From the human T2T-CHM13v2.0 reference genome, Homo sapiens, in assembly GCF_009914755.1 (NCBI RefSeq), contig NC_060936.1: a DNA stretch of 64,000 nt; one strand, written 5' to 3'. Within the stretch, counting starts at the first letter, position 1. Each line of letters opens with the position of its first letter. A program made the position numbers and the translations under genes. Under the pieces are notes generated by a model, which made no database searches, was not told where the DNA came from, and saw only the letters and a list, made by a program, of their open reading frames with translations. This document shows positions 12,536 to 29,283 of this stretch, in pieces.

Positions 12536-13939
12536 ACCCTAGGCCTCAGGCTGGTAAAGGGTATCAGAGAGGTGCTAGAGACAAATTGCTGAAGAGGTAG
12601 AAAATAGGGTAACACTCCAGAGCTAAGAAGAGCCAATGGAGTTCAGGAAATAATACGAAAACTGAGAAGGTTGGAGAAGGGATGGTTTTGGTCACATGAC
12701 TCTCTCTTCCTGAGAAATCACTGTACAGCACTGAACTCCAACACTGTGGAGCTGCAAATAAGTTCATATGCCTCATGTTTCATTTTCCCACGTATCAGTT
12801 CTGGTGGGCGTTTACCAGAAAGTAAATCCTCATATACCCCAACATTTTTAGTTCCAGACTCTAGAGACACAAAAGATTACAAGTTGCTTCTGAAGAATTA
12901 GTTGCAGGAACCTCTGCATTGCCCTTTTGTCAACAAAAGCCATAGGCTTGTCTGGCTGACTCTATAAGGAGGAGAGAGGTATTCTTCCCTTGACCTACAA
13001 TGGCACTCTCAAGTCATTCCTTCAACTAACTGGTCTTCTTTTCATATAGACTGGAGCTAAGTGATGGAGATTGATCATAAATTGAATGTGGCCAGAACCA
13101 GTTTTAAGAATTTTTCTGTACTTATTTTCTATTATTTCTAGCTTTAGGATTTTAGAAAAATATTTAAGAAAGCAAAAAAATGCATCAGGTTGCTTACTTC
13201 CATTTATCAAATGACTTGCTTGTTCTATCCATAATATTATTTTAGACAGAACATGAGCACATCTTTACTATTTTTAATCTTTTATTTGTTACAGCCATAA
13301 TATATAATGATATCTTAAGAATTACCTTTTCTTAGTTAGATGCTATTTACTCAGAGTAGTCTTTGCTTATTAAACTATTTAAGGAACTCCTTTCTGAGTC
13401 ATTCTCAGTACTACATCTTCAAGCTGTATCCTTTGAAGCAATTCAGAATCTGTAAAATAATCTTACTCATTTATTATCCGTTTATGTGCTTCTCTCCCCA
13501 TTAGCATATCAATTTCATTAAAGTAGACTTCATTGTCCTTTTCATTATGTCCTAAATGCCTAAAACAATTTTGACACACAGTAAATACACAATAAATATT
13601 TCTTTAATTAATACATGACTAAATAAGAATAAAAAGCACATGGTCCAGTTTTATTGACCTAGATCTTAAATTTCTTTATCCGTTGATAGAATAGTTTTAT
13701 ATCCATTGCTAATTTCCAAGATGTTCCTTTTTTATTGATTTCACTTATCCTCTAAGCATTTTTGTCCAATTTTATTGTTCATAGAATATTAGGATCTAAA
13801 AAGACATTTCAGTTCATCTAGGTCACTTGCCACATTTGAAGACCACCCAGTGATCTACCAGGTAAAATTGAAAAGATTTTCATGAGGAAATTTGAACTTG
13901 CTCAGAACCAACTTTCATAGCCATCTAGGCAATGTTTTT

Positions 13940-14340
13940 TGGAAAGTCTGTAATCATTAGAAAGCACGGAAAATATTTGAGTCATACTTTTGCTTTATGT
14001 ATTGAATCATTTTCAGATTATTTGCCTTTCAAATACCTCAAATATGACCACTTCTTTCCAGTTTTGCTAACTCCATCCTGCCTAGATTACTGCAACAGCA
14101 TCCTGTCTTATTCCAGTTGTATTCTTCTCCAATTCACATTGCAGTTAGAATAAGCTTTCTGAAATAGAAATATCATGTGGTTTTCCTTATTTAAAAACAT
14201 AAAATCCTCAAATATTTTCTACTAGTTCTCAGCCTAAAGTCCAAGTTTCTTAATATGGACTGCAGACATCTTCATGACTTCTCCTGTGCCCTTTATAGCT
14301 TTATTTCGAACTACTCTCCTAAACTTCTTTTACTTCCTAA
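13940..14340 (+). mobile_element. L2 fragment (a further L2 3' end lies at about 13470-13620)
   Basis: 'cctgcctagattactgcaacagcatcct', 'aaagtccaagtttcttaatatggactgcag'. Confidence 0.65.
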
Positions 14341-14624
14341 GAGACTATTGTGACTCACAATCAATCTCTTTTCCCACCCTCTGTCTCTCTCACTTCCTAA
14401 CAGAAATATTATTTATAAGTTAAATCATTTTCATAATTTTATTATTGAGTTGTTCATTACCAACATATAAAAATACAATCGAGTTTACATTGATCATTGA
14501 TCTTCTATCCTGAACCCCTGCATAATAGTTCAAATAAGTTCATAAATTCCATAGTGTTTTCTACATAGAAAAAATTATCATTTGTGAATAAAGATAGTGT
14601 TACATATATTCCTTTCTAATCCTA

Positions 14625-15900
14625 TAAGAGGTCTTCAAAAAGTTTATGAAAGTGTGTATTATGAAAAACTATGCATGGGTTTTTTGTATGAAAATAAATT
14701 CATACTAACTTGTTATAACATGTCTGAACAGGATCTAGTTTTAGACATTAAAGAGGATAAGATATCACTTTGAAAACAGCCCTTAACAGAGCAACATGAA
14801 TTCTGCTATAATGGACGCAGGAACAAACAAAATTTATGGTGAAGCTTAAATGAAAGAATGGTGAAATTATTGATACTTTATGGAAAGTTTATGGGAATAA
14901 TGCCCCACCAAAATCAGAAGTTTACAAATAGATAACTTGTTAAGAAGGGAAAAAATGATGTTGAAGATGAAGCCTGCAGTGGCAGACCATCCACATCAGT
15001 TTTTGAGGAAAAAAATTATCTTGTTCAAGTCCTAATTGAAGAGGACCAATGATTAACAGCATAAACAATAACCAACATTGTAGACATCTTAATTTGTTGA
15101 TCTTCCACAATTCTAACTGAAAAATTAAAGTTGAGCAAACTTTACACTCAATGAGTGCTAAAATTGTGTCCAGATGAGTTGCAAACAAGAGCAGAGCTTT
15201 CAATGAAAATTTTAAACAGGTGGCACCAAGATCCTGAAGCATTTCTTTGATGTATTATAACAGAATATGAAACATGGCTTTACCAGTCAATCCCAAAGAC
15301 AAAGCACGAAGCACTGGCTGCCAAGAGGTGGAGGTGAACCAGCCAAGAGCAAAGGTCATGACAACAGTTTTTTGGAGTTCTCAAGGCTTTTTCTTGTTAA
15401 CTTTCTGGAAAGCAAATGAATGATAACACCTGCTTATAATAAGAGAGTGTTTTGAGAAAGATAGCCAAAGCTTTAACAGAACAATGCCCAGGTGAACTTC
15501 ACCAGAGGGTCCTCCACCAGGACAATGTTCCTGCTCATTCCCGTTGTCAAACAAGGGTAATTTTGTGAGAATTTTGATGGGAAATCATTAGGCATCCACT
15601 TTAAAGTCATGATTTGGCTTCATCTGGCTCTTTTGTTTGTTTACTAGTCTTAAAAAATATTTAAAGGGCACTTATTTTTCTTCAGTTAATAATGTAAAAA
15701 AGACAGCATTAACATGGTTAAATTCTCAGGACCCTGAGTTTTTTAGGGATGGAATAAATGGCTGTTATCATTGCTGACAAAGAAGTCTTGAACTCGATGG
15801 AGCTTATGTTGAGAAATAAAGTTTATATATATATATATGTGCATATATATATTTTTATTTTTAATTCATTTTTTTCCACAAACTTTTTGATGTCCCCTAA
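14625..15900 (+). mobile_element. Full-length HSMAR2 mariner transposon with dead transposase
   Basis: TIRs 'taagaggtcttcaaaaagtttatgaaa' / 'ttttccacaaactttttgatgtcccctaa'; TA TSD on both sides; about 1.28 kb; decayed mariner motifs ITEYETWLYQ, LHQDNVPAH, HPL*SHDLASS. Confidence 0.93.
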
Positions 15901-16259
15901 TATGTCTTCAACTTCTCCTTGCTTTGCTATCCTTGCTAGCACCTCCAGTACGATGTTGATTAGAAGTGGTGACAGTGAACATCCTTGCCTTATTCACAGG
16001 CATAGAGAAAAAACATTCAGACTTTCAACATTTTTTCAAAATCTGATACCTTTTATCAAGTCAAAAAAGTTTCCCTCTGTGTGAATTACCTATTGCTTCA
16101 TAACAAATTTCCAAAAACTTAGGACCTTAAAACAACACATATTTATTATCTGGAGAATTGCCAATGTGCTCTTGAAAAGAATATGTATCATGCTGTTGCT
16201 GAGTGGAGTTTTCTACATATGTCAGAGAGGTCAAATTGGTTGGTAGTCTTACTGGAGTC

Positions 16260-16548
16260 TCTCATCCTTTCTTCCCTTCTGGTTTTGAGAAAGTAAGTGG
16301 GCATATTGGAGAATTAAGGATAACTTTTGGCCAACAGTTCACAAGAAACTGAGCTCCCAGTTCAATAACTGCAAGGAAGTAAATTCTGCTAACAACCCAA
16401 GGGAGCTTGGAAGTAGGCTCACTTGAGCCTCAGATGAGACTGCAACTGACTAACACCTGGACTGCAGTCTTGTGAGATCCTAAGCAGTGGACCTAGCTGG
16501 GACATGCCCAGATTCTTGACCTACCACAACCTGAAATAATACATGTGC
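16260..16548 (+). mobile_element. MLT1D/E/F-like LTR fragment
   Basis: 'gcaaggaagtaaattctgctaacaacccaagggagcttggaag...gagcctcagatgagactgc...ttgtgagatcctaagcag'. Confidence 0.75.
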
Positions 16549-17489
16549 AGGATATTCATATAGCTCCTGCAGCTCTCTTATGATTATGGTTTGGGCTACT
16601 GCTTGCATAGTATATCTTCTTTAATTTTTTTACTTTGAACTTACTTGTATCTTTGAATCTGAAGTGTTTCTGTTGTAGGCAGCATATAATATATCATTTG
16701 TTATCCAGTGTTACCCTGGTATGCCTTTTAACTGAAGTGTCTAGTTCATTTACATTTAAGTACTTATATTCTTCATGTCTCACTTCTCTTTTGTTCCTCT
16801 ATCCCTTTCTTACTGCCTTTTCTTAGGTTAAACAGATATTTTTTAGTATATAATTTTAATTCACATTTCTTTTGTTAACCACATTTTTGAGGGGTTTCTT
16901 TGCTCTAAGAAATGCAAATAAATCTTTAACTTATTGCAATTTTATCATAATCAAATTCAGGTTAATATTGACTTGATTTTAGTGAATATAGCAGTGTTCT
17001 AAAGTTGCAAATTTCCATCCCTTGCCTAAAATCAAGTCTGCCTCCTCTGGTGGCAAAACTGCAGGTTTTGAGGTCAATTACAAGCTATTAAAATTATAGT
17101 CATCACCAACTAAATTATAGAGGAGAAGTATGAACAACCCCACAGCCCCCCAGCAAATAGGCCACAGACTACCATATTTTTACCTGATACTCTAAGAATG
17201 TTTCAACAATAAATTATTCTCAGTTTATTGTCTGTCTATAATCAACAATGAATATTGGTTTTGCCAATTTTGTCCAATTTGGTTTTTTTGGTTTTTGGTT
17301 TTGATTTTTATTGGTGAGGAAAAGATGACCAGTCTTATCACAGTACCAGAAACAAGCCCCAGCTGCACTCTTCATTTTCAACCTTATTTTTGCTCATCTT
17401 TAATCATGACTGTCAAGTATTCATGCTTATTATGTAGTGGTGGGAAAAAATCCACTCCAGAAATGAAGCTGCCACATACCCCTTACCCT

Positions 17490-18783
17490 AAGATGTGAAG
17501 ACACCACTGTGAGTGGGTCTGCCCACTCTAGTGGAAGAAGCACTGCATGATCCAGCCAAGGGCCTGAAGATTGGCCTACTCAGAGGCCAACACCACTGGA
17601 AACCCTGCCCCCTGACAATCAGAGCTGCCACACACCCACACATACCCTTTCAGGGCCTGAGAACTGACCTGCCTGATGGCTCCTACTGCCAGAAAAGCCA
17701 TGCCTCAGCCTCAAAACACCCAACCTAGGCCACTGAGGCACTTGCAGACACCACTGACATTACTTATAGCCAAAGAAATAAAATAAGACTACATTACTGT
17801 ACCTACTCTAAACCAAAGTCAAAATACCCTACTCAACTATAACTACAGGAAAAAGGCTTTTCCTATGAAAGCTACTTTATAAACTTTGAAAAAATGAGTG
17901 TTCCACCATATGTGCAGATATCAACACAGGGACAGTAGAAATATGAAAAAGCAAAGAAAGAGAAACATAAGACCTCCAATGTATCCCAATAATTCTTTAG
18001 TAACAGATCTCCAAGTAAAGGATATCTATAAAATGTCTCAGAGAAAATACAAAATAATAATCTTAAGGAAACTCAGTGAGATACAGGAGAACACATGTAG
18101 ACAATTCAATGGAATCAGGAAAACAATTCATAATGTAAATAAGAAATTCAACAAAGAGATAGATATTTTAAAAACAAGAAGAAACATTGGAAGTAAAAAA
18201 TTCAATAAATGAAATAAAAAGTACAATGGAGTGTTTCAACCATAGCCTAGATTAAGTAGAAGAAAGAATGTGTGAATTTAAGACAAGTCTTTTGAAATAA
18301 CTCATTCAGATGAAAGGAAGAAACAGAATTGTAAAAAGGAAGAAAACCTACATCATGTATGGAACATGATTAAGTGAAAATATGTTTTCCTTATGGGATT
18401 TATAAAAGAAGAAGATATGAGGAAAGGCATAGAAAACCTATTTAATGAAATAGTAGCTTAAAACTTCCCATGTCTTGGAAGCTACAAGTGCATTCAGATC
18501 CAGGAAGCTGAAAGATTTCCAAGTAGATTCAACCCCAAAAGGTCCTTTCTGAGCCACATTATGGTCAAACTGTCAAAAGTCAAAGACAACCAGAGAATTC
18601 TAAAAGAAGTCAAGTCACATATAAAAGAATCCTCATCACTAATAGCAGATTTCTCAGCAGAAACCTTCCAGGTTAGGAGTGAATGGGATGATATATTTAA
18701 AGTGCTGACAGATAAAAAAAAAAAAAACCTGTCAGTCAAGAATACTATAACCAGCAAAGCTAATTTTCAAAAAAACAAATGAC
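17490..18783 (+). mobile_element. Older L1 (L1M/L1MA-type) 5' region and ORF1, cut off by the next L1
   Basis: ORF1-like peptides in the ORF track (IILRKLSEIQENT; ADFSAETFQVRSEWDDIFKVL). Confidence 0.82.
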
Positions 18784-21700
18784 GCGGGGATTGACCAACT
18801 AGACAAAGGCAGGAAAAGCTTCTTCCACCAGCAGAAACCAAAATATCAAGTAAATCACCACACTTTGAACAGATCTTTTGAGAAAAACACTGAAAGGCAG
18901 TAAGAGACAACACAGACACCAAAGTTAAAGAGGGAGGAAGCTGGGAAGCCTATACAGAGTGACTGAGTGCGAGGACTGGCTCTCAGTCTTAAACAAGTCC
19001 TAAGGGTGAGTGAAGAAACTCCAGGGCACAACGCTCCTGATATGGATCTCTGGAATCCTGAATATCACAAATCCTACAACCACCATACACATTTGAATTG
19101 GCAAGGGGAACTGCCCAGAGAGTAGGCAGAGGCAGAACTTCAACTCCCACAGAGCCCAGAAGATTTAACATGTGAGGCAGGTACAGTGAAACACAATCAT
19201 AGGAACCCATCCCCCGAGGCTCTCCATCTTGCTCTGAGTGACTCTAGCCTCTGCTAACTTCCTGGCAGGGATGCCTTTCCCACAGGATGGGGGAAAATCT
19301 GATCTGCATTCCCCCTCGTTTGTCAGCTCCTCCCAAGGCCCTTGCCTGGCTGCTCCTGCAAGAGGGTGCACACAGCACAGCCTCCACTGACCTGCCTAAT
19401 TAATTTACCAACAGCCTGGGAGCAGTTTGACTCCTCCAGCATAGGCAATGCTTAACCCCAAGGCGCCAAAGAACAAAGATGCAGACCTGGTCCCAACCTC
19501 ATAGGAGCTGAGCACACTGCCTAAGGGAATTGAGCTGAGATCTGTGGTTTGAGATAGATCAGGACAGCAACCCCCATCTTAGAACATGAGGAAGAGTGAG
19601 GCATGGGTTCATATACCAGTGCAGAAGCTAGGCATCCATACCTCTGCAAGTCTGGTCCAGAAAGAGTGTAGCCTGTTGCCAGCTGCAGCTTCTGCCTGAG
19701 GGAGCCTCATGGCTCACAACACGAGAAACAGCCCAGTGATCTGGGAGCAGAAGGTTTGGGACAAAACTAGCTGGTTAGACCTGCTCCCAGGGCAGACACT
19801 GGAGGCAGACTTAGTGTGGGAGTATAAGCTGGGCAGTTCCCACAGCCATCTACTGAGAGAAAAAAAGCTGGGCCACAGTTGCCACACTAGCTGCACACCT
19901 GCAGCGCCACCACTCTGCCCAGGGAATCCTCTACTCTTGACCCACTCTATCACCAGACTATCTGCAGACACACCCCACAACATGCTTCAACTCTGCCAAG
20001 CACAGAGGACCAGCAGGTCCTTGGGTATTGTGGGTCTCCTGGTGACCTGAACATTGGCTTGGGCCAGCCATAAGAGAAAGGAGAGTGCAGTCTTCAAGGG
20101 CACCTCTTGGGGCTAAGAAAATGTGGGTGCAACACCAGTGATTACAGGGATGTCCCACAAAGCCCACCTGGGAACAGATTGGTGAGGGAGTTGTCTCTTG
20201 CCTCCCCATCTCCCCTCCACATGGTATTGTTGCAAACAAAATAAAATACAAAAGAGGTGTGCAACTGAGTAAAAGCTTATCTGTTGGCTCTTACTCTTAA
20301 TCACCATCTACTGGATTGCAGCCTGAATGACACCACCAAACAGAAATAAATTCATTCAGCACTTATCACATGTGAAAACCAGTGCAGGAAACTAACCACA
20401 ATTAAGGAAACTACAGAGACTTGGTTCTCTCAAAGCACCCAGAAACAAAGCCAAGTGACTATCTACAGTATACACCATAGTCAAACGCTCAAGGGATAAA
20501 ATAAAATGAAAACAAAAAGCTTCATCCAAATGGCAGCAACTTCAAAAAGATAAAGAAACACCAGCCCTCTGAGATGAAAAGGAATTAGCAGAAGAACTGC
20601 AGCAATTCAAAAAGACAGAGTTTCCTTACCTCCCAAGGATCACACTAGTTTCCAAAAAAAAAATGGATCTTAAGCAGATTGAAATGTCTGAAATGACAGA
20701 CATAGAATTCAGAATCTAGATGACAAGAAAGTTCAACAAGATTCAAGAAAAAGTTGAAATCAATGAATTCAATGAAGCCAGTAAAACAATCCAATAGCTG
20801 TAAGATGGAATAGTCATTTTAGGAAAACCCAAACTGAACTTCTGGAATGAAAAAATTTACTACAGGAATTTCAAAATAGTTAGAAGTCATAGCAGCAGAC
20901 TAGACCAAGCTGCAGAAAGAATTTCAGAGCTCGAAGATTGGTCCTTCCAGTCACTCAGTCAGACAAAAGTATTGAAAACAAAGTTTTTAATGAGCAAAAC
21001 TTTAGAGAAATGTGGGATTATATAAAGAGACCGAACCTGTGCCCATTGGCATTCCTAAGAAAGAAGAAGAGAGAGTAAGCAAATTGGAAAACATACTTGA
21101 GAATATAGTCCACAAAAGTTGCCCCAATATCACTAGAGAGGTTGACAAGAAAATTGAAGGAATTCAGAGAATCCTTGTACTATACAAGATGACTGCCCCA
21201 AGAAACAAAGTCCTCAGACTTTCCAAGGTCAACATGAAAGAAAAAAACCTTAAAGGCAACTAAAGAAAACAGTCATATTACTTATAAAGGGCAAAGGGAA
21301 CCCCATCAGGCTAATAGCAGTCTTAGCAGAAACACTACAAGACAGAAGAGACTGGGGGCCTACTTTCAGCGTCTTTAAATAAAAGAAATTCCAATAAAGA
21401 ATTTTCATATTATCCCAAACTAAGCTTCATAAGTTAAAGAGTAATAAATCTTTTCCATACAAGCAAACAATAAGAGAATTTATTACCATGAGATCAGCCT
21501 TATGAGAGATTCTTAAGAAAGTTCTAACATGAAAACGAACAATACCTACTACCACAAAAACATACTTGAATACACAACTCATAGACCCTATAAAGCAACT
21601 ACACATTCAGGATTACAAAGCAACCAGCTAACAACATCATGTCAGGAGCAAAACCTTACATATCAATATTAACCTTGAGGGTAAATGGTCTAAACACCCC

Positions 21701-23005
21701 AATTAAAAGACACGGAGTGGCAAATTGAATGAATAAATGAGACCCAATCCTCTGCTGTCTTCAAGAGACCTATCTCACACGTTACAACACCCATATCCTC
21801 AAAGTAAGGGGAGACTTTACTTTGACACTATGGGTGTTGTAACATGTGAAAACAAAAAACAAAAACGAGCAGAGGTTGCTATTCTTATATCGGGGAAAAA
21901 AATACTTTAAACCAACAACAGTAAAAACGGGTAAAGAAGGGAAATTACATAATGATAAAGTGTTCAATTCAACAAGAAGACATAAATATCCCACATGTAT
22001 ATGCACCCAACAATGGAGCACTCAGATTAATAAAACAAGTATCTAGACCTATGAAAAAGTTTAGACAGCCACACAATATTGGTGGGGGACTTCAATACCC
22101 ATCTGACAGCATAAGATAGATTGTTGTAGCAGAAAAATTAAACTAAATATCTACAGAGTAATCCACCCAACAACCATAGAATATACATTATTTTCATCTA
22201 CAAATGGAACAATCTGTAAGATTGACCACATGCTCAGCCATAAAGCAAGTCTCAATACGTTCAAAAAAATCGAAATTATACCAAGCATACACTCAGACCA
22301 CAGTAGAATAATAACAAAGACCAATACCAAGATGATCTGTAAAAACCACACAATTACATGGAAATTAAACAACTTGCTCCTGGATGACTTTTGGGTAAAC
22401 AACGAAATTAAGGCAGAAATTTGAAAAATGTTCGAAATAAATGAAAACGGAGATACAATATACTAACATCTCTGGGATGCAGAAAAAAAAACAGTGTTAA
22501 GAGGAAAGCTTATAGTACTAATTACCTAAATCAAAAGTTAGAAAGATATCAAATTAACAATCTAATATAACACCTAGGGGAACTAGAACAAGAAAAACTA
22601 ACCCCAAACATAATAGAAGAGAAGAAATACCTAAAATTAGAGCAGAAATGAAAAAAATTCGAACCCCAAAATTCATACAAATGATCAACGGAACCTAAAG
22701 TTGGTTCTTTTAAAGGATAAAATAGGTTAATATATCGCTAACTAGATGAACAAATAAAGAGAGAAGATCCAAATAAGCACAATCAGAAATGACAAGGGCG
22801 ATGTTACAACTGACCTCACAGAAATACAAAATATCCCCAGAGACTATTATGAATACCTCTATGCATACAAACTAGAAAATCTAGAGGAAATGAATAATTT
22901 CCTGGAAACACAGAATCTTTCAAGATTGAGAAAGGAAGAAATTGAAATCATGAATAAATCATTAATTAGCTCCAAAATTGAATCAGTCATAAAAAACATA
23001 CCAAC

Positions 23006-23312
23006 GGCTGCTTGTTGTGGCTCATGCCTGTAATCCCAGCACTTCAGAAGGCTGAGATGGGTGGATCACGAGGTCAGGAGTTCGAGACTAACCTGGCCAA
23101 TAAGGTGAAACTCTATCTCTACTAAAAATACTAAAAATTAGCCAGCCATGGTGGTGCATTCCTGTAATCCCAACTACTCAGGAGGCTGAGGCAGGAGAAT
23201 CACTTGAACCCAGGAGGTGGAGGTTGCAGTGAGCCAAGATGATGCCACTCTACTCCATTCTGGGTGACAAAGTGAGGTTCCATCTCAATAAATAAATAAA
23301 TAAATAAATAAA
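23006..23312 (+). mobile_element. AluS (Sg-like) with (AATA)n tail, inside L1 ORF2
   Basis: Dimeric Alu; imperfect TSD aaaaacataccaac / aaaaacaccaac. Confidence 0.93.
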
Positions 23313-24329
23313 AACACCAACCAAAAAAGCCCTAGATCAGATGGATTCATAGTCCAATTCTACCATATCTGCAAAGAGGAGCTGGTACCAATCCTACTGA
23401 AACCTAAAAAATTGAGGAGAAAGGACTCCTCCCTAACTCATTGTATGAAGCCAGCATCACTCTGATACCAAAATCTGGCAAAGATACAAAAAAGAAAATT
23501 ACAGGCCAATATCTCTGATGAACACAGACATAAAAAAATCCTTCAACAAAATACTAGCAAACTATATCCAGCAGCAGATCAAAAAGTTAATTCATCACAA
23601 TCAAGTAGGTTTTATTCCTGGGATGCAAATTTGGTTCAACATATGCAAATCAATATGTGACTCACCAAATAAACAGAATCAAAAACAAAAACTACATCAT
23701 CATCTCAATAGATACAGAAAAGCTTTAGATAAAAGCCAACATACCTTAATAATAAAAATCCTCACCAAATTCAGCATACAAAGAAAATACCCCAAAATAA
23801 TTAGAGCCATCTGTGACAAACCACAACCAACATTATACTGAATGGGCAAAAGCTGAAAGCATTCCCCTTGAGAACTGGACCTGGACAATAATCCCACTCT
23901 CAAAATTCCTATTCAAGGTAGTACTGGAAGTTCTAGCAAGAGAAATTAGGCAAGAGAAATAAATAAAAGTCATTCAAATGGAAAAGGAGAAGTCAAACCA
24001 TCTCTCTTCACTAATATGATTCTATACATAGACAAGGCTAAAGGCTCCACTGAAAGTCTCCAAGAACTGATAAAAGACTACAGTAAAGTTTCAGGATACA
24101 AGATTGATGTACAAAAATTGGTAGCATTTCTAGATACCAATTGCGTTCAAGCTGAGATCCAAATAAACAGTGCAATCCTATTTACAATAGCCTAAAAGTA
24201 CCTATAAATACGTCTAACTAAGGAGTTAAAAGGTCTCTACAAGAAGAACTACAAAATACTGCTGAAGGAAATCAGAAATGACACAACCAAATGGAAAAAC
24301 ATTCCATTCTCATGGATTGGAAGAATCAA

Positions 24330-24716
24330 TGTATTAGTCTGTTTTTATATTGCTATAAAGAACTGCCTGAGACTGGGTAATTTATAAAGGAAAGAGGTTT
24401 AATTGACTAACAGTTCAGCATGGCTGGGGAGGCCTCAGGAAACTTACAATTATGGCAGAAGCCAAAGGGGAAGCAAGGCACCTTCTTCACAAGGCAGCAG
24501 GAAGGAGAAGTGCTGAGTGAAGGGAGAAGAGCCTCTTATAAAACCATCAGATCTCATGAGAATTTACTCACTATCATGAGAATAGCATGGGGGAGCCACC
24601 TCCATGATTCAATTACCTCCACCCAATCTCTCCCTTGACACATGGCGATTATGGAGATTATGAGGATTATAATTCAAGATGAGATTTGGGTGGGCACACA
24701 AAGCCTAACCATATCA
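24330..24716 (-). mobile_element. THE1D-like solo LTR inside L1 ORF2
   Basis: TGTATTAGTC...CCATATCA termini; perfect TSD ATCAA at 24325-24329 and 24717-24721. Confidence 0.93.
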
Positions 24717-26160
24717 ATCAATATCATTAAAATGGTCATACTGTTAAAAGCAATCTACAGATTCGGCCCTATTCCTATCAAACTACAAATGTCATTTTTC
24801 ACAGATTCAGAAAAAAATTATTCTAAAATTCACATGAACCAAAAAAGAGCTTATAGCCCAAAGAATCCTAAACAAAAAGAACAAAGTCAGAGCAATCCCA
24901 TTACCCAACTTCAAACTATACCACAAGGCTACAGTCACCAAAATAGCATGGTATTGGTACAAAACCAGACACATAGACGAATAAAACAGAACAGAGAACT
25001 CAGAAATAAAGCCATATACCTACAACAATCTGATCTTTGACAAAGCTGACAAAAATAAGCAATGGGAAAAAGATTCCCTATTCAATAAATAGTGCTGTGA
25101 GAAGTGATTATCCATGTATTGAAGAATGAAACTGGACCACTACCTATCACCATACACAAAAATTAGCTCAAGATGAATTAAAGATTTAAATGTAAGACCT
25201 CAAACTACAGAAATTCTAGAAGGAAACCTAGGAAATACCCTTCTCAACATTGGTCTTGGCAAAGAATTTATGGCTAAGTCCTCAAAAGCAATTGCAACAA
25301 AAACAAAAATTCACAAGTGGACCTAATTAAACTAAAGAGCTTCTGCACAGCAAAAGAAACTATCAATCAATAGACAACATACAGAATGGAATAAAATACA
25401 AACTATGCATTCAACAAATGTCTAATACACAAAATCTGTAAAAAACTTAAATAAATGAACTAGCAGAAAACAACACCACTGAAATATGAGCAAAGGACAC
25501 AAACGGATACTTCTCAAAAGAAGACATACAAGCAACCAACAAATACAGGAAAAAATGTTCCACGTCACTAATCATCAGAGAAATGCAAATCAAGACCACA
25601 ATGAGATCTCATCTCACACCAGTCAGAAAGGCTTTACTAAACAGTCAAAAAATAACTGATGCTGGCCTGGTTGCATTGAAAAGGGAACACTTATACACTG
25701 CTGGTGGGAATATAAATTAGTTCAGCCAGTGTGGAAAGCAGTTTGAAGATTTCTCAAAGAACTGAAAATAGAACTACCTTTTGACTCAGCAATCCTATTA
25801 CTCAGTATATACCCAAAGGAAAATAAATCATTCCACCCAAAAGACACATGCATCCATATGTTTACCACAGTGCTATTCATAATATCAAAGACATGGAATC
25901 AACTTAGGTGCTCATCAACAGTGGATTGGATAAAGAAAATGTGGCGCATATACACCGTGGAATACTATACAGCCATAAAAAAGAATGAAATAATGTACTT
26001 TACAGTAACATGGATGCAGCTGGAGGCCATTTTCTTAAGTTACTGTGCACAGAAACATTAAACTAAATACCACGTGTTCTCACTTATAAGTGAGGGCTAA
26101 ACATCAGGTACACATGGATATAAAGATGGGAACAATAAGCACTGGGGACTACAAGATGTA

Positions 26161-29283
<3,123 letters not shown>

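Larger units (their letters stand above)
14420..17350 (-). mobile_element. Fragmented old L1M pieces hosting HSMAR2 and MLT1 insertions
   Basis: 'cctccagtacgatgttgattagaagtggtgacagtgaacatccttgcc' and 'ctttgaatctgaagtgtttctgttgtaggcagcatata' are reverse-strand L1. Confidence 0.7.
18785..26160 (+). mobile_element. Near full-length L1PA15-16-like LINE-1 (5'UTR about 18785-20560, ORF1 about 20570-21530, ORF2 about 21640-25800), disrupted, 3' tip and poly(A) missing
   Basis: Collinear ORF1, EN and RT remnants ([44 protein letters not shown]); many stops and frameshifts. Confidence 0.9.

Noticed and set aside
12690-12701. M-box/E-box GTCACATGAC with an upstream CCAAT
   Set aside because: Isolated motifs with no CpG island or other promoter support.
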